64,000 bases of DNA, taken from positions 3,723 through 67,722 of the forward strand of contig CAIRDP010000023.1 of the NCBI GenBank assembly GCA_903877385.1. Direction: 5' to 3'. Each line of letters begins with the position of its first letter. The stretch's first letter is position 1. The notes below the pieces were generated by a model, which saw only the letters and a program-made list of their open reading frames with translations, did no database searches and was not told the origin of the DNA. This DNA is from an uncultured Bacteroidales bacterium. Lineage in GTDB: Bacteria; Bacteroidota; Bacteroidia; Bacteroidales; FEN-979. Shown one piece after another: positions 34,035 through 43,483 of this stretch. A program made the position numbers and the translations under genes.

Positions 34035-35204
34035 ATGAGCGCAGATTATATCCCATTAATCGTTGGCGGGTTAGTGCTGATTGCAAGTTTAATATCACTA
34101 CGCGTCGGCTTATCCGTCGCAATCATCGAAATACTGTTGGGTGCCATTTCTGGCAATATTGGACTGGGCACGGAAGATTGGATGATGTACCTTGCCACCT
34201 TTGGCGGTATAATCTTGACCTTTCTTGCAGGCACGGAAATTGACACAAAGATGATGCGGGAAAACTTCAAAGAGAGTTTTCTTATCGGCTCATTTTCTTT
34301 CTTCGCGCCATTTGTCGGGGTATTTCTGTATACCTTTTATGTGGCGCAATGGTCATTGCAAGCGTCAATGATTGCAGGATGCGCCCTTTCCACCACATCC
34401 CTTGCGGTTGTTTATTCAGTACTGGTGGAAACAGGTTTATCAAAGACAGAAATTGGCAAAAAAATAATGTCCGCGACATTTGTCACGGATATGGGCACGG
34501 CACTGGCATTGAGCATCCTGTTTATCAAACCGAACCTGTTCACCTTGCTCTTCGTAGTGGTTTCAGCCGTATTAATCGCACTGGTCTACCGTTATTCCCT
34601 TGCTGTGTTGCGTAATCCGCGGTGGGCTGATAAGGTTATCGAACCAGAGATAAAGTTCATTTTTCTGGTCTTACTGGCATTTATTTACTTCGCCAAACTG
34701 GGCGATGGTCAAGCGGTTCTGCCCGCCTTTGTTCTGGGATTGCTTATGTCGAAGCACTTCAAAGAGCAGCGCAAGACGGTCGCCGTGCGGAACAAACTGC
34801 GTACGGTCGCTTATGCCATAGTCACGCCCGTTTTTTTCATCGTTGGCGGAATGAAAATATCATTTCCGTTGATACTGTCCGCGCTGGGTCTGTTCATCAT
34901 CCTGTTTGCCGTTAAAATCATCACCAAGTTTGCTGGGGTTTGGTTCTTCGCCAAGAAATACATTCCGCACGGAAGTATGTACACAACCCTTTTAATGAGT
35001 ACGGGTTTGACCTTTGGTACCATTTCCAGCTTATATGGCTATCAGGCAGGACTGATAAATCAGATACAGTATTCCGTGCTTGTCGGTGTGGTTGTAGCCA
35101 GCGCAGTCATTCCTACATTCATCGCACAAAAGTGGTTTATGCCACACCATACAGAAGATATAATCGAAAATGGTGACGCCATTCAACAAGCGGATTCAAA
35201 TTAG
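34035..35204 (+). CDS. Cation:proton antiporter (Na+/H+ exchanger family)
   Basis: 389 aa, ~11 TM helices; LLGAISGNIGLG, FGGIILTFLAGTEID, TTSLAVV patterns of CPA-type exchangers. Confidence 0.8.
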   Translation: MSADYIPLIVGGLVLIASLISLRVGLSVAIIEILLGAISGNIGLGTEDWMMYLATFGGIILTFLAGTEIDTKMMRENFKESFLIGSFSFFAPFVGVFLYTFYVAQWSLQASMIAGCALSTTSLAVVYSVLVETGLSKTEIGKKIMSATFVTDMGTALALSILFIKPNLFTLLFVVVSAVLIALVYRYSLAVLRNPRWADKVIEPEIKFIFLVLLAFIYFAKLGDGQAVLPAFVLGLLMSKHFKEQRKTVAVRNKLRTVAYAIVTPVFFIVGGMKISFPLILSALGLFIILFAVKIITKFAGVWFFAKKYIPHGSMYTTLLMSTGLTFGTISSLYGYQAGLINQIQYSVLVGVVVASAVIPTFIAQKWFMPHHTEDIIENGDAIQQADSN

Positions 35205-35457
35205 CGTTTACTTGTCCTGACCATAATGAAAAATGGCGAAGGTTGCTCATAATCTTGTGAAGCAATTCGGCGGGGAATAAGCAGATTTAGAGTTCGAATA
35301 CTTTGATTTTCTTCATCTTTTCAATAATTCGATTCCTGTTAACCTTTTAGTAGCGACGCATTATCGCCCATCAACCCTGACCTACCATTATTAGTAGGTA
35401 CTGAACGTCAACGCCTGAATTGATGACAAGAATGATAAATGTGCCTTTTCCATTAAT

Positions 35458-36561
35458 TCAATTGTTTTCACTTTTAAAGAATCCCAATAGCTCATCCCTC
35501 CTGTTTATTAGAGGGTCGTACCAATCAATTTTGGCACCTGCAAATTCGAGCCATTTTCTTACTTCATCCGTCAAACCACCCTTCTCAATGGCATTCTGTT
35601 CAAAGGCTTTGATGTATTCCCGCATAAATTTCGCACGATCCCATCGTTTTGCCTGTTTATAAAGGTCTTTGAATGCTGCTTTTTCTTTCTCGATGCGCTC
35701 GCATTGTTCACGAATGATCCGTTCCTTTTCTTCACGTTCTCGTTTGTGTTCTGCATTTTGGCGCCAACACTCCAACATTTCACTGACTTCTGATTCAATT
35801 TTTGCAAGTATTGCTGCCATTCTTTCTTCAATTAGAACCTTACCATCAGTCCAAATTCTGCCGCCGAATCCTTTGATTTCAAAATAAAGCAGCCCTGTGG
35901 TTTCAAACCGTGTAAAGCTCCATTTCTCTTGTTGGCTGGCTTTTTGGGTCTTTTCCATTAGCTTGAATTCGCAAGGCACTTCGTCGATGTACAAAGAGTG
36001 TGTGTATTTCGTGCCTAAATTATGACCCCTTGCCCTGAGTAGCTTAAACAGGGCGTCCATAAATCGTAGGGCTCTTCCGATATTATGTCGAGAAACCCTG
36101 ATGACAAAGGCTCCCTCGTAACGTACCAATCCGTTATCGTGATACTTGCTGTACTTATATTCCATAAGTTTATTTTGAGCCGCTAATACCAATTCCTCAG
36201 GGTTAGTAAGCGTCTTAGGAACCATAAGTGGAAGCGTTTTATCCTCTCGGATAAGGTCAGCCGCAGATTTCTTGTGAAAGGTCAGCCCCTTGGGGCTACT
36301 GGTTGCCTTGTCGTCTGGGAACAGTTTTATTTCCTTTGCACCTGAGTAATCCAGCGGCAGTTCGATAACCTCAACGGGTTTTCCGAACTGAAGCTTTGAC
36401 CAGTAACCGTTTGGCGGTACAGGCACGTTCATTTCGGCGCAAACCTTCCGCAAATGAGGGTATGGGATGTTGAGCCTTTTGGATATGGCGGTCAACGACT
36501 CCTTCCATACCATTTTGTAAAGCTCTTGGCGGGTGATTGTGGTCGTGTTTTCCATTGGCAA
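35458..36561 (-). CDS. Hypothetical protein (367 aa) with conserved N-terminal LY..VW...GYW module and C-terminal coiled coil
   Basis: ELYKMVWKESLTAISKRLNIPYPHLRKVCAEMNVPVPPNGYWSKLQFGKP, then an E/K/R-rich coiled coil. Confidence 0.6.
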   Translation of the reverse strand: MPMENTTTITRQELYKMVWKESLTAISKRLNIPYPHLRKVCAEMNVPVPPNGYWSKLQFGKPVEVIELPLDYSGAKEIKLFPDDKATSSPKGLTFHKKSAADLIREDKTLPLMVPKTLTNPEELVLAAQNKLMEYKYSKYHDNGLVRYEGAFVIRVSRHNIGRALRFMDALFKLLRARGHNLGTKYTHSLYIDEVPCEFKLMEKTQKASQQEKWSFTRFETTGLLYFEIKGFGGRIWTDGKVLIEERMAAILAKIESEVSEMLECWRQNAEHKREREEKERIIREQCERIEKEKAAFKDLYKQAKRWDRAKFMREYIKAFEQNAIEKGGLTDEVRKWLEFAGAKIDWYDPLINRRDELLGFFKSENN

Positions 36562-36734
36562 TTTGTTCTGCCAAAGATAAATCCGAACTTATCACTACTA
36601 TTGAAGAAAGCACATTGTTCTTTGGGTTTTATTTTGTACGGCTCACAAGTTAAAGGGCAAAGCAGGTAAGGAAGACTGTGAAGCAATTAAATTAATACGG
36701 ATTATCAAAAATATATTACATTTTACATTACAAC

Positions 36735-36778
36735 AAAAAGATGGCTGTAATCGATTGATTTACAGCCATCTTTTTTTA
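36735..36778 (-). terminator. Hairpin terminator immediately 3' of tRNA-Pro (usable in both directions)
   Basis: AGATGGCTGTA (36739-49) pairs with TACAGCCATCT (36761-71); flanked by A-run and T-run. Confidence 0.55.
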
Positions 36779-36781
36779 TTA

Positions 36782-36858
36782 TGGTCGGGATGAGAAGACT
36801 CGAACTTCCGACCCCCACGTCCCGAACGTGGTGCGCTAGCCAACTGCGCTACATCCCG
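36782..36858 (-). tRNA. tRNA-Pro (anticodon CGG), CCA encoded
   Basis: Folded by hand into a 77-nt cloverleaf: acceptor CGGGATG/CATCCCG, D stem GCGC/GCGC, anticodon stem CCACG/CGTGG with loop TTCGGGA, T arm GGAAG-TTCGAGT-CTTCT, discriminator A + CCA. Confidence 0.9.
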
Positions 36859-36890
36859 AATTTATTACAGGGCAGCAAAGGTATAAAAAA

Positions 36891-36912
36891 ATGTACAATG
36901 TACCATGTACAT
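36891..36912. repeat. GTAC-word intergenic repeat (ATGTACAATGTACCATGTACAT)
   Basis: Shares the 17-mer AATGTACAATGTACCAT with 38894-38910. Confidence 0.7.
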
Positions 36913-36942
36913 AGCAGGAATTATCGGGGAAACAGGGGATGC

Positions 36943-37632
36943 TCAGATCATCTCCCTGGCGGCCATCATCGACAGTATGCCCTCAACGATTTGATGCTTC
37001 GACAGGGTGGAACAGTTAAAGGCAACATCGAAGATATAGGGATTCATCTTTTGCCCAAGGATGAGCTCGTATAATGCGCTCCGTTTTTTATCGGTGGTCT
37101 CAATGAGATGCTTCGCTTCGGCAGAGCTGATATTCCTGGAACTTATCACCGCCTGCAGCCTCCAGGCCTCAGGTGCCATCAGCCTCACATGCAGGGAACG
37201 CGGCTTCCCCTGTAAAATGGCAGCGCTACCCCTCCCTACCAGCACAACATGCCCCGACTGGGCGATGGTACTCACCACCTTGGTAAGCGTATGCTTGACC
37301 TTGAGGTTGCTTACATAGGTTGAGGAGAACGACACCAGGAAATCCTCCATCAGGCTTTTTTCACCTACGCTGAGGAGGTATTTCACATCGGCAGGATTCA
37401 GCTGGAGCTCCCTGGCGGCCGATTCGAGTACCTCCTTGTTAATGAATCTCCATTTAAGGTGAGAACCCTCAGGCAGCTTTTTATTTATTGTATCGGTCAG
37501 CAGCTGGGCAATGGGTTTGGAGGGGCAGCCGTATTCCCTGCTGATGGTGACAATGGGTTTTATTGCCTGGGAAGCTCGGCTGGGATCCCTGCTGAGCCCT
37601 TCACCCATATATTTAAGTAAAAGGTTATCCAT
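36943..37632 (-). CDS. Cytidylate kinase-like family protein
   Basis: IVTISREYGCPSKPIAQLL P-loop-like start and ...VLVGRGSAAIL; start set at MDNLLLKYM. Confidence 0.65.
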   Translation of the reverse strand: MDNLLLKYMGEGLSRDPSRASQAIKPIVTISREYGCPSKPIAQLLTDTINKKLPEGSHLKWRFINKEVLESAARELQLNPADVKYLLSVGEKSLMEDFLVSFSSTYVSNLKVKHTLTKVVSTIAQSGHVVLVGRGSAAILQGKPRSLHVRLMAPEAWRLQAVISSRNISSAEAKHLIETTDKKRSALYELILGQKMNPYIFDVAFNCSTLSKHQIVEGILSMMAAREMI

Positions 37633-37729
37633 AAAACAGCAATTTGAAGCCAATATACGAAATTCCGGGCTAAAAAGCAAGCCTTGCTGCCGAATTACGC
37701 GAGGGTACGGGATCAAAAATCTGCAGACA

Positions 37730-38875
37730 TCAATGCCATTTAAACAGCTTTAGGCCCGCTGTAAAAAACACCACGCCTATGGTCAGCATGATCAGCGTTG
37801 GCAGCATTATTTCACCGAAACCAGCGCCTTCAATAAAAATGCTGCGGATCCCGTCGGCCATCATGGTAAGGGGAAATTTCTGAATTACAGGAATGCTCCA
37901 GGCCGGGAAATTATGATAGGAAAAAAAGATGCCCGAGAGCACCATCATGGGCATGCTCACCAGGTTGATGAGCCCGTTGCCTATTTCGGTTTTAGCCGTA
38001 TTGCATGACAGGAAAACAGCGATACCCGCGAATGCGATGTTGCCGGCGGTGAAAAACAGCAGAAGGGCAGGTATGCTGCCCTGTATGCCGATATGGAAAG
38101 CCCAGCAGGCAAAAAGGAAAAGCAGGGAGGATTCGACGAAATTCATCGAGATCCTCACCGTGATGAGGGCTACAAGAAAATTTGAACGTTTCATGGGAGT
38201 CGCAACCATCCTTCGGAGCAGTTTCTTTGAACGTTTTTCGATGATGTCGTAACTGACTCCCCACATGCTCGACATCATCACCCCCATGCAGATGAGGCCC
38301 GGAACAAGGAAATCGATATACCTGGTCCCGGTTACCTTAAGCGGCCTGATCTCGGTTTCCGATGGTTTTATGATACGCTCGGGATCCTTCATCAGCTTTG
38401 AAAGTTTCAGGTAAGTAAGCTGGGCGTCGGGATTCATTGGGTCAAAATTGTAGACGAGCTTCCCCCCTGCTTCATCCATCACCAGGTTGAGGTTCCCCCG
38501 TTTCAGCATCACCATGGCCTGTTTCCAGCTCATGTCGTGGAAAATATAGGTCGTGCCCCCCAGCCGCTCATCCGGCACATACAGTTCGCGCGAAAGCCTT
38601 CCGTCGGCGGCTACCTTCAGCAAGGCCCCGTTGATCTGCAAAAAGGACTGTATAAGCGATGCGCTGTCGCCCTTGCTGTGAACCAGGTGGTTCCGGCCTA
38701 TAACAGCTATGGTAACCGTGACGTCTTTTTTCTTGGTAAAGGCAATGCCCAGCCCCAGCGACATCAGTATGGGGAATGCAATCCCCCAGAAAAGCACGGC
38801 AGGCTCGCGAAGCAGTTCGCGTGCATTGGCCAGTATCAGTTGCCAGAGCTGGGCGTTATGGAGTTTACTAATCAT
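37730..38875 (-). CDS. ABC-2 type transporter permease
   Basis: 381 aa: N-terminal TM, large loop, then five C-terminal TMs. Adjacent to the ABC ATPase. Confidence 0.75.
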   Translation of the reverse strand: MISKLHNAQLWQLILANARELLREPAVLFWGIAFPILMSLGLGIAFTKKKDVTVTIAVIGRNHLVHSKGDSASLIQSFLQINGALLKVAADGRLSRELYVPDERLGGTTYIFHDMSWKQAMVMLKRGNLNLVMDEAGGKLVYNFDPMNPDAQLTYLKLSKLMKDPERIIKPSETEIRPLKVTGTRYIDFLVPGLICMGVMMSSMWGVSYDIIEKRSKKLLRRMVATPMKRSNFLVALITVRISMNFVESSLLFLFACWAFHIGIQGSIPALLLFFTAGNIAFAGIAVFLSCNTAKTEIGNGLINLVSMPMMVLSGIFFSYHNFPAWSIPVIQKFPLTMMADGIRSIFIEGAGFGEIMLPTLIMLTIGVVFFTAGLKLFKWH

Positions 38876-38892
38876 TGGTCTCTTTGTGTATC

Positions 38893-38950
38893 AATGTACA
38901 ATGTACCATTTACCATGTACCAATGAATTTGTAAATTGTACATGGTACAT
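38893..38950. repeat. GTAC-word intergenic repeat cluster
   Basis: CAATGTACAATGTACCATTTACCATGTACCAATGAATTTGTAAATTGTACATGGTACAT, between the ABC permease and ATPase genes. Confidence 0.7.
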
Positions 38951-39720
38951 CATTCATTCAGGTGTCGTCCCGTCAGTTCAATAAACAATTCATCCAGGTT
39001 CCTGGGCGGGCCTTTATATTCTTCTTTCTTTTCAATGTCTGCGGATGACTTTCCAAGAAGTTCCTTCAATGTCCCTTCTTTCAGGATAGTCCCGTGGTCC
39101 ATGATCACGATGTAGTCGCAAAGCTGCTCCGCTTCTTCCATATAATGCGTGGTCAGGATCAGCGAAGTGGAAGCTTCATCCTTCAGCTTTTTCAGTATCA
39201 TCCATACTTCCCTCCTGGCCTGGGGATCGAGGCCTGTGGTTGGTTCATCGAGCAGCAATATCCTGGGTTTGTTCAACAGGGCTACACCCAGGGCCAGCCT
39301 CTGCCGCTGTCCGCCCGAAAGGTTGACCACGTAAGCCTGGCGTTTTTCCTCCAGGCCTACAAGATTCATGACTTCCTGGCAGCGGACGTTTCCGAGCCCG
39401 AAAAAGCTCGCGAATAATTTCAATGTCTCGAACACCCTGAGCTTGTCGATAAACCTCGTCTCCTGCAACGAAAGTCCAATGATCATGCGGAATTCCTTCT
39501 CGTTTCCCTTCCAGGGCTTGCCGGTGATCAGGATTTCCCCGGTATCGGGCTTCTGTATCCCTTCAATCATCTCGACCATGGTAGTCTTACCGGCTCCGTT
39601 GGGACCAAGCAGGGCGATGAACTGCCCGTTGAGTATCTCCAGGTTGATCCCTCTTACGGCATGAACCGATTTAAAGGATTTATAAACGTTCTTAACCTGT
39701 ATGACGGTTTCCTCTTTCAT
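38950..39720 (-). CDS. ABC transporter ATP-binding protein
   Basis: Walker A GPNGAGKTT, signature LSGGQRQRL, Walker B LLLDEPTTGLD. Confidence 0.9.
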   Translation of the reverse strand: MKEETVIQVKNVYKSFKSVHAVRGINLEILNGQFIALLGPNGAGKTTMVEMIEGIQKPDTGEILITGKPWKGNEKEFRMIIGLSLQETRFIDKLRVFETLKLFASFFGLGNVRCQEVMNLVGLEEKRQAYVVNLSGGQRQRLALGVALLNKPRILLLDEPTTGLDPQARREVWMILKKLKDEASTSLILTTHYMEEAEQLCDYIVIMDHGTILKEGTLKELLGKSSADIEKKEEYKGPPRNLDELFIELTGRHLNE

Positions 39721-41711
39721 TTCCGTGTTTTTCGTTTCTCTTCGGGCCTGGGGCCGGCAGGCAGGGGATGCTGAACATCAGTCTTTGGCAATCCCTCCTT
39801 CCATCTGGCTTCGAGTATCCTGTATGGATAACGCATTATGAGCTGGCGTGAATTCGGGCAATCGGTGCGGTGTACTTTAACCCCCTGGTAAACGCTTACA
39901 AATGCAAATATCTTATTTCCCGGGACAGGACTGCAGCATTTGGCAAACTGGTAGTGATACGATTCATGGCTGTTATCGATGATAAGGAATTCCTTGTCGC
40001 CCGAACTCACCTTTGACATGGTTTCGGGGAAATGCTCTTCCTGGGCGGCGGCCTGCAAGGGGGCTGCAGGTTTTGTCTCAGTGAGAGCCTTCTTGATTTT
40101 CAAAGGATCGAGCTTCCCTTCACCGAATTTCTGATAAAGCTCAAGGTAATTCTCGCAGCCGAATGCATCAACCAGCCTCTGTATCACTAGATCGGTGAAT
40201 TCCAGCTCCATCTGCTGCACCTTGTTTTTAATGATCTCCTTGCCCAGGTCGGCATCCTTGTACTGCTCCATTTTAAGCGCATGCTTCACCCGGGCTATGT
40301 TACGCGGGCTGCGCACGAACTCCAGCCAGCCCGAATTCGGTTTCTGGTTCTTGGAAGTAAGGATCTTTACCGTGTCGCCATTCCTGAGAGTATGCTTTAA
40401 CTGTACGATCTTCCCGTTCACAATGGCTCCCGTGCAGGTATGGCCAATGGTCGTATGTACCTCGAAAGCAAAATCCAGGACAGTATACCCGTTTCTTAGC
40501 CGTTTAAGATCCCCTTTGGGTGTAAAGATGAAGATCTCGTCGGAATACAGGGCCCTTTTTTCCTTGTTAGTGGTCACACCCTGATTGTTCACGGGAGTCT
40601 CAAGCATCTCCCTGATCGCGGTATACAGGTCGGTTCCTTCTTCGGGTGCCTCCCCGGCCTTATATTTCCAGTGAGCTGCCACTCCTTTTTCGGCAATCTC
40701 ATCCATTCGCCTGGTCCTTATCTGCACCTCCACCCACCTTCCTTCCGGGCCAATGACCGTGGAATGAAGGGATTCATATCCCGTGGATTTGGGAAAAGAT
40801 ATCCAGTCGCGCAGCCGGCGGGGGTTAGGGGTATAGATATCGGTAACGAGCGAATAGATCTTCCAGCAGTCGGCCTTCTCGCTTTCAACCACCTCGTTGA
40901 GGATGATGCGGATGGCGAAAAGATCATAGATTTTTTCGAATTCCACCTTCTGGGCCTGCATCTTCCGGTAAATCGAAGGGATGGATTTGATGCGGCTCCT
41001 GATCTCCACTGTGAAGCCGTTTTCCTGTAGCGTTTCTTCTATAGGGCGGATGAAATCGCGGGTAAACCTGTCACGGTCGGCTCGCGTTTCGGCCAGCTTT
41101 TGTTCAATTAAAGTATAGATCTCGGGTTTGGTATACCTCATCACCCGGTCCTCGAATTCGGTCTTTAACCTGTAAAGCCCTATACGGTGGGTGATGGGCA
41201 GGTACAGTATCGATGCCTCCTTGAAGATCTCGGCCTGCTGTTCTTCAGGGACTTCGCTGATGTGGCGCAGCTGGTAAAGTTTCCTTGCAGTGCGGATGAG
41301 GATGACCCTGATATCGTCGGAACTCGTAAGCAGCAGCTTTATGAAATTTTCAACGTTGGAATGGGCTTTGCGGGTGTCGAAACGGTCAATTTTCAGGAGT
41401 GCGGTAAGAAGCCCTGCCACACTTGCCGTATATTCCCGGCCAACCTTCACCAGGTCGAGCTTCCCTTTGTCCATCAGGGGCCAGAACATGACCGCAACCA
41501 TGGTCTCAGCATCCTGGTCCATCTCGCAGAGAAGGATATAGGAGATTTCGAAGGAAGCGCTTATCAGTCCGGGGAATTCAGCTTTTACAGTATCCTGCTC
41601 AATATATGCCAATGCCTTTTCCAGCAGGGGTTTCCCACCAGCCAGGCGAGGGTCGTTCAAAAGACTTTCCCAATAGGCTCCGTTTAAGCTATTTGTATCC
41701 TGTTCACTCAT
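39717..41711 (-). CDS. RelA/SpoT-homolog (p)ppGpp synthetase with TGS domain; HD hydrolase motif degenerate
   Basis: Synthetase core SRIKSIPSIYRKM...YDLFAIRIIL...YESLHSTVIGPEGRWVEVQIRT...AHWKYK. TGS IFIFTPKGDLKRLRNGYTVLDFAF. The stop overlaps the ABC ATPase start (ATGA). Confidence 0.85.
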   Translation of the reverse strand: MSEQDTNSLNGAYWESLLNDPRLAGGKPLLEKALAYIEQDTVKAEFPGLISASFEISYILLCEMDQDAETMVAVMFWPLMDKGKLDLVKVGREYTASVAGLLTALLKIDRFDTRKAHSNVENFIKLLLTSSDDIRVILIRTARKLYQLRHISEVPEEQQAEIFKEASILYLPITHRIGLYRLKTEFEDRVMRYTKPEIYTLIEQKLAETRADRDRFTRDFIRPIEETLQENGFTVEIRSRIKSIPSIYRKMQAQKVEFEKIYDLFAIRIILNEVVESEKADCWKIYSLVTDIYTPNPRRLRDWISFPKSTGYESLHSTVIGPEGRWVEVQIRTRRMDEIAEKGVAAHWKYKAGEAPEEGTDLYTAIREMLETPVNNQGVTTNKEKRALYSDEIFIFTPKGDLKRLRNGYTVLDFAFEVHTTIGHTCTGAIVNGKIVQLKHTLRNGDTVKILTSKNQKPNSGWLEFVRSPRNIARVKHALKMEQYKDADLGKEIIKNKVQQMELEFTDLVIQRLVDAFGCENYLELYQKFGEGKLDPLKIKKALTETKPAAPLQAAAQEEHFPETMSKVSSGDKEFLIIDNSHESYHYQFAKCCSPVPGNKIFAFVSVYQGVKVHRTDCPNSRQLIMRYPYRILEARWKEGLPKTDVQHPLPAGPRPEEKRKTRK

Positions 41712-41799
41712 TCCGGCCGTAAAATTAGATGATTTTGATGCATGAAAATTTCATTTTATTAAAATTGTTTCTAAATTAGTTGCCTGATAATCCCGTTTT

Positions 41800-43407
41800 A
41801 TGTTTCGAATTGAAAGTAAGATAGATACATCTTCGCCTGAGTTTTTGCGCAATAAGGAAGATTACCTGAAGGTACTGGATGCTTATAAAAAGGTCCTTGA
41901 AAAAGCGAAGGAAGGAGGCTCCGAACAGGCTGTCAAAAGGCATAAGGAAAGGGGAAAGCTGCTGGCCAGGGAGAGGATAGACCTGCTGGTCGACAGGAAC
42001 ACACCATTCCTTGAACTCTCGTCCCTTGCCGCATACGATTTGTACAACAACGAATTTCCCTCGGCCGGGATCATCACCGGGATAGGTGTGATACATGGCA
42101 AGGAAGTTATGATAGTGGCCAATGATGCCACGGTTAAAGGCGGGACTTATGTCAAGGAAAGCATCAAGAAACATGTGCGTGCCCAGGAGATAGCAATGGA
42201 AAACCGCCTGCCTTGTGTTTATCTGGTCGATTCCGGTGGTGTTTTCCTGCCCGAGCAGGCGCAGGTGTTTCCCGACAAATACGATTTCGGGCGTTTCTTT
42301 TTCAACCAGGCCCGACTTTCGGCAAAAGGAATTCCGCAGATCGCCCTGGTGATGGGTTTATGTACCGCAGGAGGAGCTTACGTTCCGGCGATGAGCGATG
42401 AGACCATTATTGTAAGAAAGCAGGGGACTATTTTCATCGGAGGCCCCCCGCTTGTAAAAGCCGCCACGGGCGAAGAAGTCAGCGCCGAAGACCTGGGAGG
42501 GGCCGAAATGCATACAAGCATTTCGGGCGTAGCCGACCACCTGGCCGTTAACGACATGCATGCCATACAGATCTGCAGGAATATCTTCGAATCCATCGGC
42601 AGGAAGGAATACCAGGAGCTTCAGATGCAGGCTGTACAGGAACCTTTTTATCCTGCGGATGAGCTTTATGGCATACTCCCGCTTGACCTCAAAAAGCCTG
42701 TGGATTCGAGGGAGATCATCGCGAGGATAGTAGACGGAAGCCTCTTCCATGAGTTCAAGGAGAGATATGCCCCCACTATAGTCACCGGCTTCGCCCATAT
42801 CATGGGATTCCCTGTGGGCATCCTGGCCAACAACGGCGTACTTTTCGGTGAAACGGCCCTCAAAGGGGCACATTTCGTGGAGCTCTGCACCTCGAGGAAC
42901 ATCCCGCTTTTATTCATGCAGAACATCACCGGTTTTATCGTAGGGAGGCAATATGAACGGGCCGGTATAGCCAGGGACGGGGCCAAGTTCGTGCATGCCG
43001 TCGCCAACGCAAACGTGCCCAAATTCACGCTTATCTTCGGGGGCTCATTCGGGGCAGGGAATTATGCCATGGCAGGCAGGGCTTATGAACCCCGCTTCCT
43101 CTGGATGTACCCCAATTCGAAGATCTCCGTCATGGGGGGCGAACAGGCCGCCAATGTACTGATCACCGTGAAGGAAGACCAGCTGCGTGCCCAGGGAAAG
43201 ACTTTATCTGCAGTCGAGAGACAGAAGATGCTGGATACCATACTGCAGAAATACGGGCATGAGGGTTCGGCGTATTACAGCACGGCCAGGTTATGGGACG
43301 ACGGCATATTGGACCCTGCCGATACCCGTAAGGTCATGGCTATGGCGATTGCCATCAGCCAGAATAAAAAATATGACAAAACCGAGTACGGGGTGTTCAG
43401 GATGTAG
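41800..43407 (+). CDS. Methylcrotonoyl-CoA carboxylase beta subunit-type carboxyltransferase
   Basis: 535 aa; KRHKERGKLLARERIDLLVD..., GGAYVPAMSDE, ARLWDDGILDP are typical acyl-CoA carboxyltransferase patterns. Confidence 0.85.
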   Translation: MFRIESKIDTSSPEFLRNKEDYLKVLDAYKKVLEKAKEGGSEQAVKRHKERGKLLARERIDLLVDRNTPFLELSSLAAYDLYNNEFPSAGIITGIGVIHGKEVMIVANDATVKGGTYVKESIKKHVRAQEIAMENRLPCVYLVDSGGVFLPEQAQVFPDKYDFGRFFFNQARLSAKGIPQIALVMGLCTAGGAYVPAMSDETIIVRKQGTIFIGGPPLVKAATGEEVSAEDLGGAEMHTSISGVADHLAVNDMHAIQICRNIFESIGRKEYQELQMQAVQEPFYPADELYGILPLDLKKPVDSREIIARIVDGSLFHEFKERYAPTIVTGFAHIMGFPVGILANNGVLFGETALKGAHFVELCTSRNIPLLFMQNITGFIVGRQYERAGIARDGAKFVHAVANANVPKFTLIFGGSFGAGNYAMAGRAYEPRFLWMYPNSKISVMGGEQAANVLITVKEDQLRAQGKTLSAVERQKMLDTILQKYGHEGSAYYSTARLWDDGILDPADTRKVMAMAIAISQNKKYDKTEYGVFRM

Positions 43408-43450
43408 GCGCTGTGCGCCGATAAGGGCGCTTCGCGCCAGATGCGGGATG
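43407..43450. repeat. REP-like palindromic unit cluster (GGCGC-nnn-GCGCC, GATAAG, GATGCGGGATG)
   Basis: GGCGCTGTGCGCC GATAAG GGCGCTTCGCGCC A GATGCGGGATG; the same words recur at 46286 and 55275. Confidence 0.75.
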
Positions 43451-43483
43451 TGGAAGATTGAAAAATGCTAGATAACATTAAAA

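Noticed and set aside
36782-36858. tRNA-Pro as the integration site (attB) of the island.
   Set aside because: I found no second copy of the tRNA 3' half by eye. The nearest integrase is 36 kb away, and GC-richer genes lie between the tRNA and the AT-rich block. The idea is plausible but unsupported from this window.
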